Shown here: one piece after another, positions 1 to 8,519 of the stretch | How the letters are laid out: every line of letters begins with the position of its first letter | Position numbering within the stretch: the stretch's first letter is position 1 | Source of the DNA: Candidatus Heimdallarchaeota archaeon | GTDB lineage: Archaea > Asgardarchaeota > Heimdallarchaeia > Heimdallarchaeales > Heimdallarchaeaceae | NCBI GenBank assembly: GCA_021399395.1 | Contig: JAAFKJ010000080.1 | Span: 1-30,090 of the forward strand | Reading direction: 5' to 3' | DNA: 30,090 bases | Notes under the pieces: model-generated | Databases searched by the model: none | Told to the model about the DNA's origin: nothing | What the model saw: the letters and a program-made list of their open reading frames with translations, nothing else | Translations under genes and position numbers: made by a program

Positions 1-1848
1 GATGAATTGGAAGTCAGCCAGCATGATTTTAAAAGAAAAATGGCTCAAGAGATACAGATTAAGGAGAGAATAGAGGATAGATCAACCCTATATGGGAACA
101 TTACTGATTACGAACGAAGGTTGATAAAAGATATTATTTTCTTCAAAGAAAAATTACAATCCTCTAAATATAAGAAAGAGATAGTTGGACCGATTTACGA
201 GATTATCTCTATTAAATCTGGATTTGAAGAATATACTGATGTTATCAAAGCCGCAATAGGACGATACCTTTTTGGTTTTGTAGCTGCATCACATGAAGCT
301 TATACTGATTCGAAAAAGATTTATGATGAAATCTTTCCCTCATACAAACCTAATTTTACGGTCGGTAGAGTTCTTGAAGAAGAGAAAGGACCAAAACCAA
401 ACTTCTTAGTCCAACTAGCACTTGAGTCAAAACCAAGTGGAATTATTGATTATGCTATTAATCTCATTGAAGCACCTTTTCAAGCAAAAATATATCTAAA
501 AAGATTCGTTAAAACTCTATTAGCTACTCCATCAATTTCACCCAATATACTCACTGATTATGCTAAAAGGTATAGGACAAATGTTCTGACCACAGATGGG
601 AAAAGTTTCTATCTTTCGCAAGAAGCTTATTCAAATCCTCCGCGTAAATCCAATATACGACTTGGTGTAGGTTTATCTAAATATCAAACTGTTGAAAGAA
701 TTAGAGAACAGTTACAAGTAGTACAATTCGATATAGAAAAACTTACTGAAGATAAAATAAGAATCAATCGGGAAATTGCAGATGTTGAAGATGAGAAACG
801 AACGTTGGAAAATCAACTCAAACCTTGGACTTTAAATCCAGATGCTATAGAGGATGAATTCCTGAAAATAGAGCAGCTAAAAAGTACAGCAGAAGCACAA
901 ATTCGAACTGAGGAGATAGGTCTCACTACTTTAGATTCATCAATCTCATCATTGTCCAAAGATTTGATCGAGCAAGAATCAATATTGAAAGAAAAAGATC
1001 AATTCTATTCCTTAAAGAAAGAAGAATATAACAAATTGGATGATCAAATTCAATTAGCTATAACAAAAAGAGAGAAACTAATTCGACAACTAGAATTTTT
1101 GAATGCGGAATTCCAAGAAATCAACGAGCAATATCAGATCCTGATGAAAGAGGCTCAAGAAAAAGGTTCTCCACCTGAGAATATCAGAGGAGAGCATGAA
1201 GAAATATTCTCAGAATATAATCAGATAAAAGGTCAGCTCGAGCTTCTTGAAATAACACCAAATATATCACAAGAAGCAATTCTAAAACAGGAAAGCCATG
1301 TTGATATGATTAAGGCTGAAGCACACAAAGCTGAAGAACATCTCCAGAATCTAAAATTAGATCTAAATAAACGAATTACAGAATGGGAAGGTGGCTTACA
1401 CAATATTGTTGATCATATGAATAAGATGTTGAACCTTCTTTTACAAGATATTTTTCTCAACGTATCTATTCAAATAAAGAACTATAACGATGAACGAAAT
1501 GCTGGCCTGTACATAGAAGCTGAGACTAAAGGAGACAATAGAAGATATAGACAATTGTCTGGTGGAGAAAAAACACTACTAGCACAAGCAATTATTTTGG
1601 CTCTACATATGATTAGTCAATCACCAATACATGCAATTGACGAGTTTACTCAAAAACTTGATAGAAAGAATAAGACACTAGCTTTTTCAATGGCTCTATT
1701 GACATATCGACTCGCAAAAGAAAACCGAATGATAACCCCTCAGTTTGTTCTAATAACTCCATCTTTAGATGATGTAGAATTATCAGAGGAATTTTCTCAC
1801 AAAATATTGATAGAAAGCAGAGTAAAAACAAAGGGAGTAAGAAGATGA
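1..1848 (+). CDS. SMC-family ATPase, Smc5/6-like (5'-truncated: hinge, C-terminal coiled coil, C-terminal head lobe)
   Basis: Frame open from base 1. Hinge-like segment IVGPIYEIISIK...IKAAIGRYLFGFVA, long heptad coiled coil, ABC signature LSGGEKT, Walker B/D-loop SPIHAIDEFTQKLD, and terminal PQFVLITP, which resembles the Smc5/Smc6 QxxxITP ending. Confidence 0.9.
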   Translation, partial: DELEVSQHDFKRKMAQEIQIKERIEDRSTLYGNITDYERRLIKDIIFFKEKLQSSKYKKEIVGPIYEIISIKSGFEEYTDVIKAAIGRYLFGFVAASHEAYTDSKKIYDEIFPSYKPNFTVGRVLEEEKGPKPNFLVQLALESKPSGIIDYAINLIEAPFQAKIYLKRFVKTLLATPSISPNILTDYAKRYRTNVLTTDGKSFYLSQEAYSNPPRKSNIRLGVGLSKYQTVERIREQLQVVQFDIEKLTEDKIRINREIADVEDEKRTLENQLKPWTLNPDAIEDEFLKIEQLKSTAEAQIRTEEIGLTTLDSSISSLSKDLIEQESILKEKDQFYSLKKEEYNKLDDQIQLAITKREKLIRQLEFLNAEFQEINEQYQILMKEAQEKGSPPENIRGEHEEIFSEYNQIKGQLELLEITPNISQEAILKQESHVDMIKAEAHKAEEHLQNLKLDLNKRITEWEGGLHNIVDHMNKMLNLLLQDIFLNVSIQIKNYNDERNAGLYIEAETKGDNRRYRQLSGGEKTLLAQAIILALHMISQSPIHAIDEFTQKLDRKNKTLAFSMALLTYRLAKENRMITPQFVLITPSLDDVELSEEFSHKILIESRVKTKGVRR

Positions 1849-2615
1849 CAGATAACGACTTCGTAGAAAGTGAAGCAGAACCAAATGCAGGTTATTTAGA
1901 ACAAGCCAGTGAATGGTCAGAGAATATGTTCTATCTGCTTTTTGAACTTAAGAAGAAATATGATAAATCACTGAAGAACAAAGAAGTTGTAACTGTTAAT
2001 GAATCAGAATCTGACAGAGGAAGTGTGTCAGATGCCTTTCTCTATCTCCATAATGAAAAGGAAAGTTTAGTTGATGCTGCTCTTTATGAAGGGTTCATAA
2101 GAATGAGCGAACTAAGAGAAAAGAGCTTCCTAGATCAAATGCTACATCCAGATCAACGGATGGGAAAATTAGCTGATATTGTTAAGAAACTTTCTACTCC
2201 TATAACCTATTTCTCTAGAGTAAGCAAATTTACTACTGAAGAAATTGTCTCAAGTCTTGACGAACAAATTATAGAACTTGCATCAGATGAAGAGATAGAA
2301 CAATTCATCAATAAGTATCAGCAATATGTTACCAAATTAGCAAATAATTTCTTGAGTAAAGGGGATATTATGAATATTGAAGAAATAATCATAGAAAAGA
2401 TAATCGATAAAAAAATTAGAAAGAGTGAAATTAATCTCATTCTTACAACTGTTGAAGCTGAGATTTTATCTAAAATGATTAGTGAAAGGAAGATTATAGC
2501 AGTTCAAGAAGATGAATTCCTTAGTTTCACATTGAGAAAAGATGATGCGCCTATAAAAGGAATTTCAAGTTCCGTTCTTCTATCTCCAAAAAAACAAAGA
2601 CCTGAAGGTAAATGA
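1845..2615 (+). CDS. Putative kleisin (ScpA/Nse4-like) subunit
   Basis: ATGA overlap with the SMC stop. 256 aa, helical and acidic. C-terminal ILSKMISERKIIAVQEDEFLSFTLR resembles the kleisin C-terminal winged-helix motif (LLxLxxxGKIxLxQEExFGxIxI). Recognised by eye only. Confidence 0.6.
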   Translation: MTDNDFVESEAEPNAGYLEQASEWSENMFYLLFELKKKYDKSLKNKEVVTVNESESDRGSVSDAFLYLHNEKESLVDAALYEGFIRMSELREKSFLDQMLHPDQRMGKLADIVKKLSTPITYFSRVSKFTTEEIVSSLDEQIIELASDEEIEQFINKYQQYVTKLANNFLSKGDIMNIEEIIIEKIIDKKIRKSEINLILTTVEAEILSKMISERKIIAVQEDEFLSFTLRKDDAPIKGISSSVLLSPKKQRPEGK

Positions 2616-2616
2616 G

Positions 2617-3222
2617 ATGGATGAGGACCCCATAGAAGAGGGAGAGGAATCTCTTATTGATCCCACTGTGATTAGCATGCTCCCCCCATCTATATCAGAT
2701 GATGAGAAAGGGCAATTATTCAAGGAATTAACTACAATCTTATCTAGAAAATGGACAAAAGATAAAACCACTGTTTTTGGGTGTTCTGAGTTAGATCTCT
2801 TATTAGCTACAAGATTTGACGTAGCATCGCTCAGGGAAGCATTGGACGAGTATAGATTGTTTGTGAAAATCATAGGATTGGATCTGATTGAATATGATTT
2901 GACTGGTGAAAGGTGGTACTGTTTGAAGTCTTCTTATTACGCACCATCCGAACTTCAACAATCAGAGCTTGTTCTACTTGGGCTAATTATGGCTATGGTA
3001 GAAGAGAATGATCCTAAATCCATAACAACTGAGATAATAAAGAAAAAATTAGTTATCTCAGGAAAAATGAAAGAATATTTAGTAGATTTAGGTTTGAGGA
3101 ACTTAGTCAAAATGGGATACATCCAAAGAAAGAATAATGTTTGGAGTTACAATTACAGAACGTTGATTGAATACGGAGATGAGGAAAGGCAGAAAATATC
3201 TGAGGAGTTCAAAACAATTTGA
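2617..3222 (+). CDS. Putative KITE (tandem winged-helix) subunit, Nse1/Nse3(MAGE)/ScpB-like
   Basis: Starts 1 nt after the upstream stop. IIGLDLIEY...WYCL resembles the WH-A wing. ELVLLGLIMAMV and LRNLVKMGYIQRKNNVWSYNYRTLIEY resemble WH-B of Nse1/Nse3 (…LVxxxYL/WL…xxGxRAxxE). Confidence 0.65.
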   Translation: MDEDPIEEGEESLIDPTVISMLPPSISDDEKGQLFKELTTILSRKWTKDKTTVFGCSELDLLLATRFDVASLREALDEYRLFVKIIGLDLIEYDLTGERWYCLKSSYYAPSELQQSELVLLGLIMAMVEENDPKSITTEIIKKKLVISGKMKEYLVDLGLRNLVKMGYIQRKNNVWSYNYRTLIEYGDEERQKISEEFKTI

Positions 3223-3674
3223 AAGATCAAGATTTGATTCAATGTTATATCCGTTGTACTTTCTGTAATGAAATGGTATCCTTAAAGGAAGCTGCCGTGG
3301 ACGGATGGGAAGTGTGCCAAGGGTGCCAACTTGTCTTCTGTGTAAATTGTAAAACCTCAGCAAAAGACCAAGAACTTTGTCCAGGATCTGTATACACAAT
3401 TAAACACAAAGCTATTTTTCAATTATTACCAGTTGAACAAATTTTGGAAACTGCTCAAGGAATAGAAAAACCAGTAAAAACTGGTAGCTATATTTCAAAA
3501 ATCTTTTTTGATGATGAACGAAGAAAAATAGAATTGCTGAGAAAAGAACAAAACAAAAAAGACCCAATTGATTTCAGTGTTTTTCGATTTAGAGAAGAAC
3601 AGTGGAAAAAGTTTGGAACTGTCCTTGTCAAACGCAAAGATGGTAAGTTCCTTACTTGGGGTCAATTTGAATAA
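3219..3674 (+). CDS. Cys-rich RING/PHD-like zinc-finger protein
   Basis: TTGA overlap with the KITE stop, with GAGGAG at 3202-3207 upstream. Pattern CTFC-x16-CQGC-x4-CVNC-x9-CP…H. Confidence 0.7.
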   Translation: MKDQDLIQCYIRCTFCNEMVSLKEAAVDGWEVCQGCQLVFCVNCKTSAKDQELCPGSVYTIKHKAIFQLLPVEQILETAQGIEKPVKTGSYISKIFFDDERRKIELLRKEQNKKDPIDFSVFRFREEQWKKFGTVLVKRKDGKFLTWGQFE

Positions 3675-3697
3675 AAAAAGAAAAACAGAGTGGGATA

Positions 3698-6586
3698 TTA
3701 TATCCCTGTTATTGCTTCTGCTCTTGATCCTAATATCACATTTGTTATGAATAAGCTAAATATCTGTAGTAACATTAGTAAAACACCTAAAGCACAGAAT
3801 ATTTGGAATTTCAAAGGATTCCAGGCCATATACCATGTGATAGTTCCAGCTTGAGCACTGAAAATCAAGAATATAGTTGTAGATACTTCTGATAGACAAT
3901 ACAAGAACGACACAAGAGAACCTGCAAAGATGTTGAGTGAAATTAGCGGAATAGTTATCTTACCCATGGTCCTCATTCTTGTAGCACCTAAATTGAATGA
4001 TGCTTCTTCAAGAACTGTATCTACTTGTTGTAGACCAGCATACGCAGATCTAAGCGTAAACGGTATTTTCCGTATTGTATAGCTCATTATCAACAGCGTG
4101 ACAGCAACTCCAATAAATGGATCTAATTTCAAACTAGCCGTAACATTCGCCATCATTCTATTAAACCATGTAGGATTGCGACTAACTATACCACTCCAGT
4201 CAAAAGTTCTATAGTATCCTATAGCTAAGACTATACCAGGGATAGCAATTGGGAGAGTCACTATGGCATCTAGTACACCTTTACCTCTGAAGTTTTTACG
4301 GCTGACAACATACGCCGCTAATGTGCCTATCACAATTATGAGCATGGTTGCAATTACACTGTAGATAAGCGTATTAATTACATAGTTCGGTATATTGTAC
4401 CGTGAAGATACGAAGACTAGTTTGTAATTCTCAAACGTGAATTTGATGTCAGACGGCTTCGTACCACCTAGTGTTTCCATAATAGACATCAAGAAAACAC
4501 CCACATGTACTAAGAGCGAAAATGCGAATAGAACAATCAAAAATGGGTAGATAAACAATAATTTCCATTTTGCTTTGGTTAATCTATAATGACCAGCTCT
4601 TCCTTTGCTGACCATTGAATAGGTTCTCAATGAAACATACTTTCGTATAGCAAAGAAACCAAGTAACGCTATTATCAGTAGGATTCCTCCTAAAACACAT
4701 ATCTCAGGCGTAATCTCCGCCGATCCCGCTTTCGAATAATTCTCAAAGATATGATATGGTAGAACTTTCTTTGCTGCATTATCTCCCATTGCTGCAAATA
4801 TGATTGGCGTTCCTACGTCTTCCATAGCAAGGATGAGTACTAAGATTGCACCAGCACCAATACCTGGCATTGCTAGTGGTAAAGTTACAGTAGAGAATAA
4901 TCTGAGTCTTCCTGCACCTAGATTTTCAGCCGATTCTTCCATACTTGGATCTATATTGAGAAAAGATGAAAATGCATTGAGATATACAAGCGCGTAGAAA
5001 TGGGACGTTTGTACAAAGACTATCGCGAATATTCCTGAAAATACAAGTTTAGTCTCGAACGCTGGTATTAGAAAGAAATTATTTAGAAAACCATTAGGAC
5101 CTAGAATTAAACGGAATCCCATACCTGAAATAAAAGGCGGAATAATTAAAGGAGCAAGTGCTAGAAGACTTACTAGTCTCTTACCTGGAAATTCATATCT
5201 GGCCAAGATAAAAGCTAAAGCAACTCCTAAAATAACTGAAAATATAGTAGTTAGAATACCAATTTTGATGGTGTTTAATACCACTCCATGGTTCTTTCCA
5301 CTTAAAGTGATAACTGTTATCATAATTGTATCTTCATAAATGCCTACGTTTTGAAGAACATAGATATCCTGACTATCAATTATCATCAAACCTGCACCCG
5401 ATCGAGCTACGTATATAAGATCATTTGCGGGATCTAACCACAGATCTTCATTGATGTAACCAATAGATTGAAAACTATTTGTTAGAGTAAGATTGGATGG
5501 GTCGGAGATATCGATTATTCTCAGATCATACTCAAAAAGATTATGATTAGATGTTAACAAACATGCATAATCTTCTCCAATATAAACATCATCTGCACGA
5601 GTATTTGTTGTAAGATTATAGAACCCTAATGTGCTCACATTTGCTACATCTGAAATGTTAAATGCAACTAATCCTTCTTTATCTGCCGCAAGATATGCTG
5701 TATCATTGACTATTTCAATACTTTGTGGAGTTAATGTTTCTGTTGAAGCTGGGAAGTGATTATACCTATACAGTTCAATAGGATTTGATTTGTTACTTAT
5801 ATCAAGAACGACCATTCCTGTATCATAACCTACGAGAAACGCATAATCGTCCTTTATTGCAATATCCTTTACTTTTTCTCCAAAAGCATACCCTTCATAC
5901 CTTGTGTTTCTAGATAAAACTTCTGGATTAGATGGATCAGTGGCATTGATAATTGCAAACCCTTGCTCATCAATCCCTAGATAGACATAATCTCCTACAA
6001 CGTTAAGAAAGGTTGTAGAATTAGCAAGATTATAGATCTCAGAAAGTGGTTTGAAACTTTCCTCAATATCTGAGATATTAAAAATCACTAACCCACTTTT
6101 GCCTGCAGCTGTATATAGTAAATCTCCTTCTATTTCTAGCTCCTTAAAACTGGTCAATTCATCATAATATTGCTGAATCTCGACTATGTTATTAGGATCC
6201 GTGACATTAAGTATTTCTATCCCTAGTCCTCTCTCTGCTAAATACGCTATCCCATTGGAAACTGCTACTGCCTCAGTTGGTCCTCCATAGGGTTCCTCGC
6301 CTTTAGTGTAGAAACTTGTTCCTTCCTCTCCTGCAAAATTGAAGTATAATTCATCTGTAAAAACATTGGCGATGGGGGCTCCAGACCATTGACCATTGAA
6401 GTAAACCGCTCCCGTTAACACTGTAAAAAGTGGTATGACCATCCAAATGATGAATACGAACCCAACGAGAACAATGATAAAATTAGTAGAAGGATCTTTT
6501 AAGAGTTTTACATATAATGTATCGATTAATGACCTTTTCTGTTTTCCTCCCCCTTTATCGTCATTTTCTTTACTCGCACTTGCCAT
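3698..6586 (-). CDS. ABC transporter permease (FbpB/ThiP-type, two fused TM modules) with inserted LVIVD-repeat beta-propeller
   Basis: Two EAA loops (MEESAENLGAG, LEEASFNLGAT) and many TM helices. Residues ~100-420 carry ~40-aa repeats such as AYLAERGLGIEILNVTDP, VYLGIDEQGFAIINATDP and AFLVGYDTGMVVLDISNKSNP. Confidence 0.9.
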   Translation of the reverse strand: MASASKENDDKGGGKQKRSLIDTLYVKLLKDPSTNFIIVLVGFVFIIWMVIPLFTVLTGAVYFNGQWSGAPIANVFTDELYFNFAGEEGTSFYTKGEEPYGGPTEAVAVSNGIAYLAERGLGIEILNVTDPNNIVEIQQYYDELTSFKELEIEGDLLYTAAGKSGLVIFNISDIEESFKPLSEIYNLANSTTFLNVVGDYVYLGIDEQGFAIINATDPSNPEVLSRNTRYEGYAFGEKVKDIAIKDDYAFLVGYDTGMVVLDISNKSNPIELYRYNHFPASTETLTPQSIEIVNDTAYLAADKEGLVAFNISDVANVSTLGFYNLTTNTRADDVYIGEDYACLLTSNHNLFEYDLRIIDISDPSNLTLTNSFQSIGYINEDLWLDPANDLIYVARSGAGLMIIDSQDIYVLQNVGIYEDTIMITVITLSGKNHGVVLNTIKIGILTTIFSVILGVALAFILARYEFPGKRLVSLLALAPLIIPPFISGMGFRLILGPNGFLNNFFLIPAFETKLVFSGIFAIVFVQTSHFYALVYLNAFSSFLNIDPSMEESAENLGAGRLRLFSTVTLPLAMPGIGAGAILVLILAMEDVGTPIIFAAMGDNAAKKVLPYHIFENYSKAGSAEITPEICVLGGILLIIALLGFFAIRKYVSLRTYSMVSKGRAGHYRLTKAKWKLLFIYPFLIVLFAFSLLVHVGVFLMSIMETLGGTKPSDIKFTFENYKLVFVSSRYNIPNYVINTLIYSVIATMLIIVIGTLAAYVVSRKNFRGKGVLDAIVTLPIAIPGIVLAIGYYRTFDWSGIVSRNPTWFNRMMANVTASLKLDPFIGVAVTLLIMSYTIRKIPFTLRSAYAGLQQVDTVLEEASFNLGATRMRTMGKITIPLISLNIFAGSLVSFLYCLSEVSTTIFLIFSAQAGTITWYMAWNPLKFQIFCALGVLLMLLQIFSLFITNVILGSRAEAITGI

Positions 6587-6704
6587 ATTTATTCTACTCG
6601 AAGGTATAGATGATGAGATAATGAGCTAATGCTTTTTGAAGTTTCTCCCTAGCTTTAAAAAATAATGAATTAAAAATGCGATTGTATAATTGTTAGAATT
6701 TTAA

Positions 6705-6733
6705 TAAAAGAAAAGGAAAAGGAAAAGAAAAAA
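6705..6733 (-). terminator. U-rich archaeal-type terminator after the solute-binding protein gene
   Basis: Minus strand reads TTTTTTCTTTTCCTTTTCCTTTTCTTTT immediately after the stop codon. Confidence 0.55.
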
Positions 6734-8269
6734 TTATCTTTTCTTTCGTTTGTAGATTAAAGTTACTGTTGCAATAATCAGTGATGCCATCAAAGCTGGA
6801 ATAAATCCAAATGGTGATGGATCTGTTTCAGTTTCAGTTTCAGTTTCTGTTGGATCTGGTCCAGAAGAACAAGGATCGCCTAATACTTCGAGGATATCAC
6901 AATACTGATCAGCGGCATATTCTCTCCATTCTGCATCCTTATCAGCTGCAAATATTGCATCCGTTTGATACTGAGTATTCCAATCCAAAGACTGATTCTG
7001 CGTCATTCCTGGTACTCCTAATTGATTAGAGAGGTCAAGAAACTGTGTTGCATTAATTGTGAGGTCTCTATATTGAGTTACTAATGTTCCCCAAGTTCTG
7101 CGTAGCAAATTGTGTTTTTGTGTGATGGTGTTGTGGAAGTAGTAAATTGTAGTATCTAAATTGTTAGTGGATAGTTCTTCATCGAAATCAATACCTTTAT
7201 TTGCTAATGTTTCATTGTATAAGGCCCATAATTCTGTATAAGTTGAACCTTCAGGAGTATAAAAAGCTGAATCATTTACCGGAAGACGATCAAGACCTTC
7301 TGTCATCCATGCAGTTTGACCTGCTGGTGATGTAACATATTCCAAGAAAATGGCTGCTTCATCATAGTCATCTACATGAATTCCCATTGCTATAGGATCT
7401 CCGTTTACAATAGATTGTCCTTCTGGAATGATATATTCACAAGCAGGATTCTCTCTGTTAGCAATAGTGCCGTAGAAATCAATTGTCATGGCTATACCGA
7501 CTTCACCGCTTACAACTGCACCTCTTGTATCACCTGAACCTGGATAGATACCTGCGTTAGCACCCATTCTGGTTATGATTTTCCATCCTTCATCCCAGCC
7601 AAAAGCTTGGAGAATGATCTGGTAAATTCTGGTGTTAGAAGTAGTTAATGGTGGATCACCCATACTAATTGCTTTCACGCTATCACTGATATAATAGGTA
7701 GGTGTAGCCAGTTCTTCCCAAGTAGTTGGAATTGGCAGACCATATAAATCCAAGAAATCGTGATTTACGGTAAAACCAAAGGATGAGATAGCATTTGCTG
7801 CCCAAACTAAGTCTTCACCTGCATACTTTTTCATTCCTGCTCCTGCTAACTCCATAGGAACACTATCGTTGATGATTGTAAATAAAGCAGCATCAGCTAC
7901 GGGGTCTATATGATATAAAAGTCCCCAGTTTTCCATTGTGTTAAACAATGCTGGTCCTCCACCCCAAGCAATATCGACAGATTTTGCAGGATCCTCTAGA
8001 TATTTCTTCCAACCATCATCAGTTGTGGCATATCTAAAATCCAATACATCAATATCTGCAGCTATAGCTTCAGGTGTTGCCAAAAATCTGTTTGTAAATT
8101 CGTCAGTAATTGTTACGTCGTGTCGAGTAACAATAGTCAAAGTTACACCATCGAGTTCTGGATTTGAAACAATTGTTGAATCTTGTTCTGCAGTAGACAG
8201 AAACATCGTACTACCTGCTGTTAATGTAACAAGTAACAAAACTAGAATAGCTATTCTTTTAATTTTCAT
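6734..8269 (-). CDS. ABC transporter substrate-binding protein (Fe3+/thiamine FbpA/AfuA-like family), C-terminally anchored
   Basis: Signal peptide. Motifs LTIVTRHD, DIAWGGG, PTTWEEL, GDPPLTTS, IDFYG and DPIAM. TE linker followed by TM helix and KRKKR. Adjacent to the cognate permease. Confidence 0.88.
   Translation of the reverse strand: MKIKRIAILVLLLVTLTAGSTMFLSTAEQDSTIVSNPELDGVTLTIVTRHDVTITDEFTNRFLATPEAIAADIDVLDFRYATTDDGWKKYLEDPAKSVDIAWGGGPALFNTMENWGLLYHIDPVADAALFTIINDSVPMELAGAGMKKYAGEDLVWAANAISSFGFTVNHDFLDLYGLPIPTTWEELATPTYYISDSVKAISMGDPPLTTSNTRIYQIILQAFGWDEGWKIITRMGANAGIYPGSGDTRGAVVSGEVGIAMTIDFYGTIANRENPACEYIIPEGQSIVNGDPIAMGIHVDDYDEAAIFLEYVTSPAGQTAWMTEGLDRLPVNDSAFYTPEGSTYTELWALYNETLANKGIDFDEELSTNNLDTTIYYFHNTITQKHNLLRRTWGTLVTQYRDLTINATQFLDLSNQLGVPGMTQNQSLDWNTQYQTDAIFAADKDAEWREYAADQYCDILEVLGDPCSSGPDPTETETETETDPSPFGFIPALMASLIIATVTLIYKRKKR
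6824..6850. repeat. Hexanucleotide tandem repeat (GTTTCA)n encoding a TETETETET linker
   Basis: GTTTCA x3 + GTTTCT seen directly; in-frame low-complexity linker before the TM anchor. Confidence 0.8.
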
Positions 8270-8519
8270 TTTTTAATCAACCTTCTTATTGATATCTAAT
8301 GAATATCATATTACATTCTAGCTTTCAGACTATAAAGTTTTTGCACTTACGATAAAACAAATTTTCGTTTAAAACTTGGTTTAATTAAATAATTTTGATG
8401 TTTGAAAGTATCTAAAAATAGGCATTTTCATTAGCTATCGTTTGTTTATTGATAGCTCTATTATACAACAATGTTCAATAATAGCTAGTGAATTCATCAT
8501 TAAAAAGAAAAGTGATTCT

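Noticed and set aside
3205-3225. Programmed -1 frameshift fusing the KITE and Zn-finger ORFs
   Set aside because: No canonical X XXY YYZ slippery heptamer or obvious downstream structure; an SD-like GAGGAG supports independent TTG initiation.
1-3674. Wadjet (JetABCD)/MksBEFG or Rad50-Mre11 assignment
   Set aside because: Gene order is SMC first then small subunits, no Toprim nuclease or Mre11 is visible, the SMC has a hinge rather than a Zn hook, and head motifs are Smc5/6-like. Genes upstream of the window are unseen, so this is provisional.
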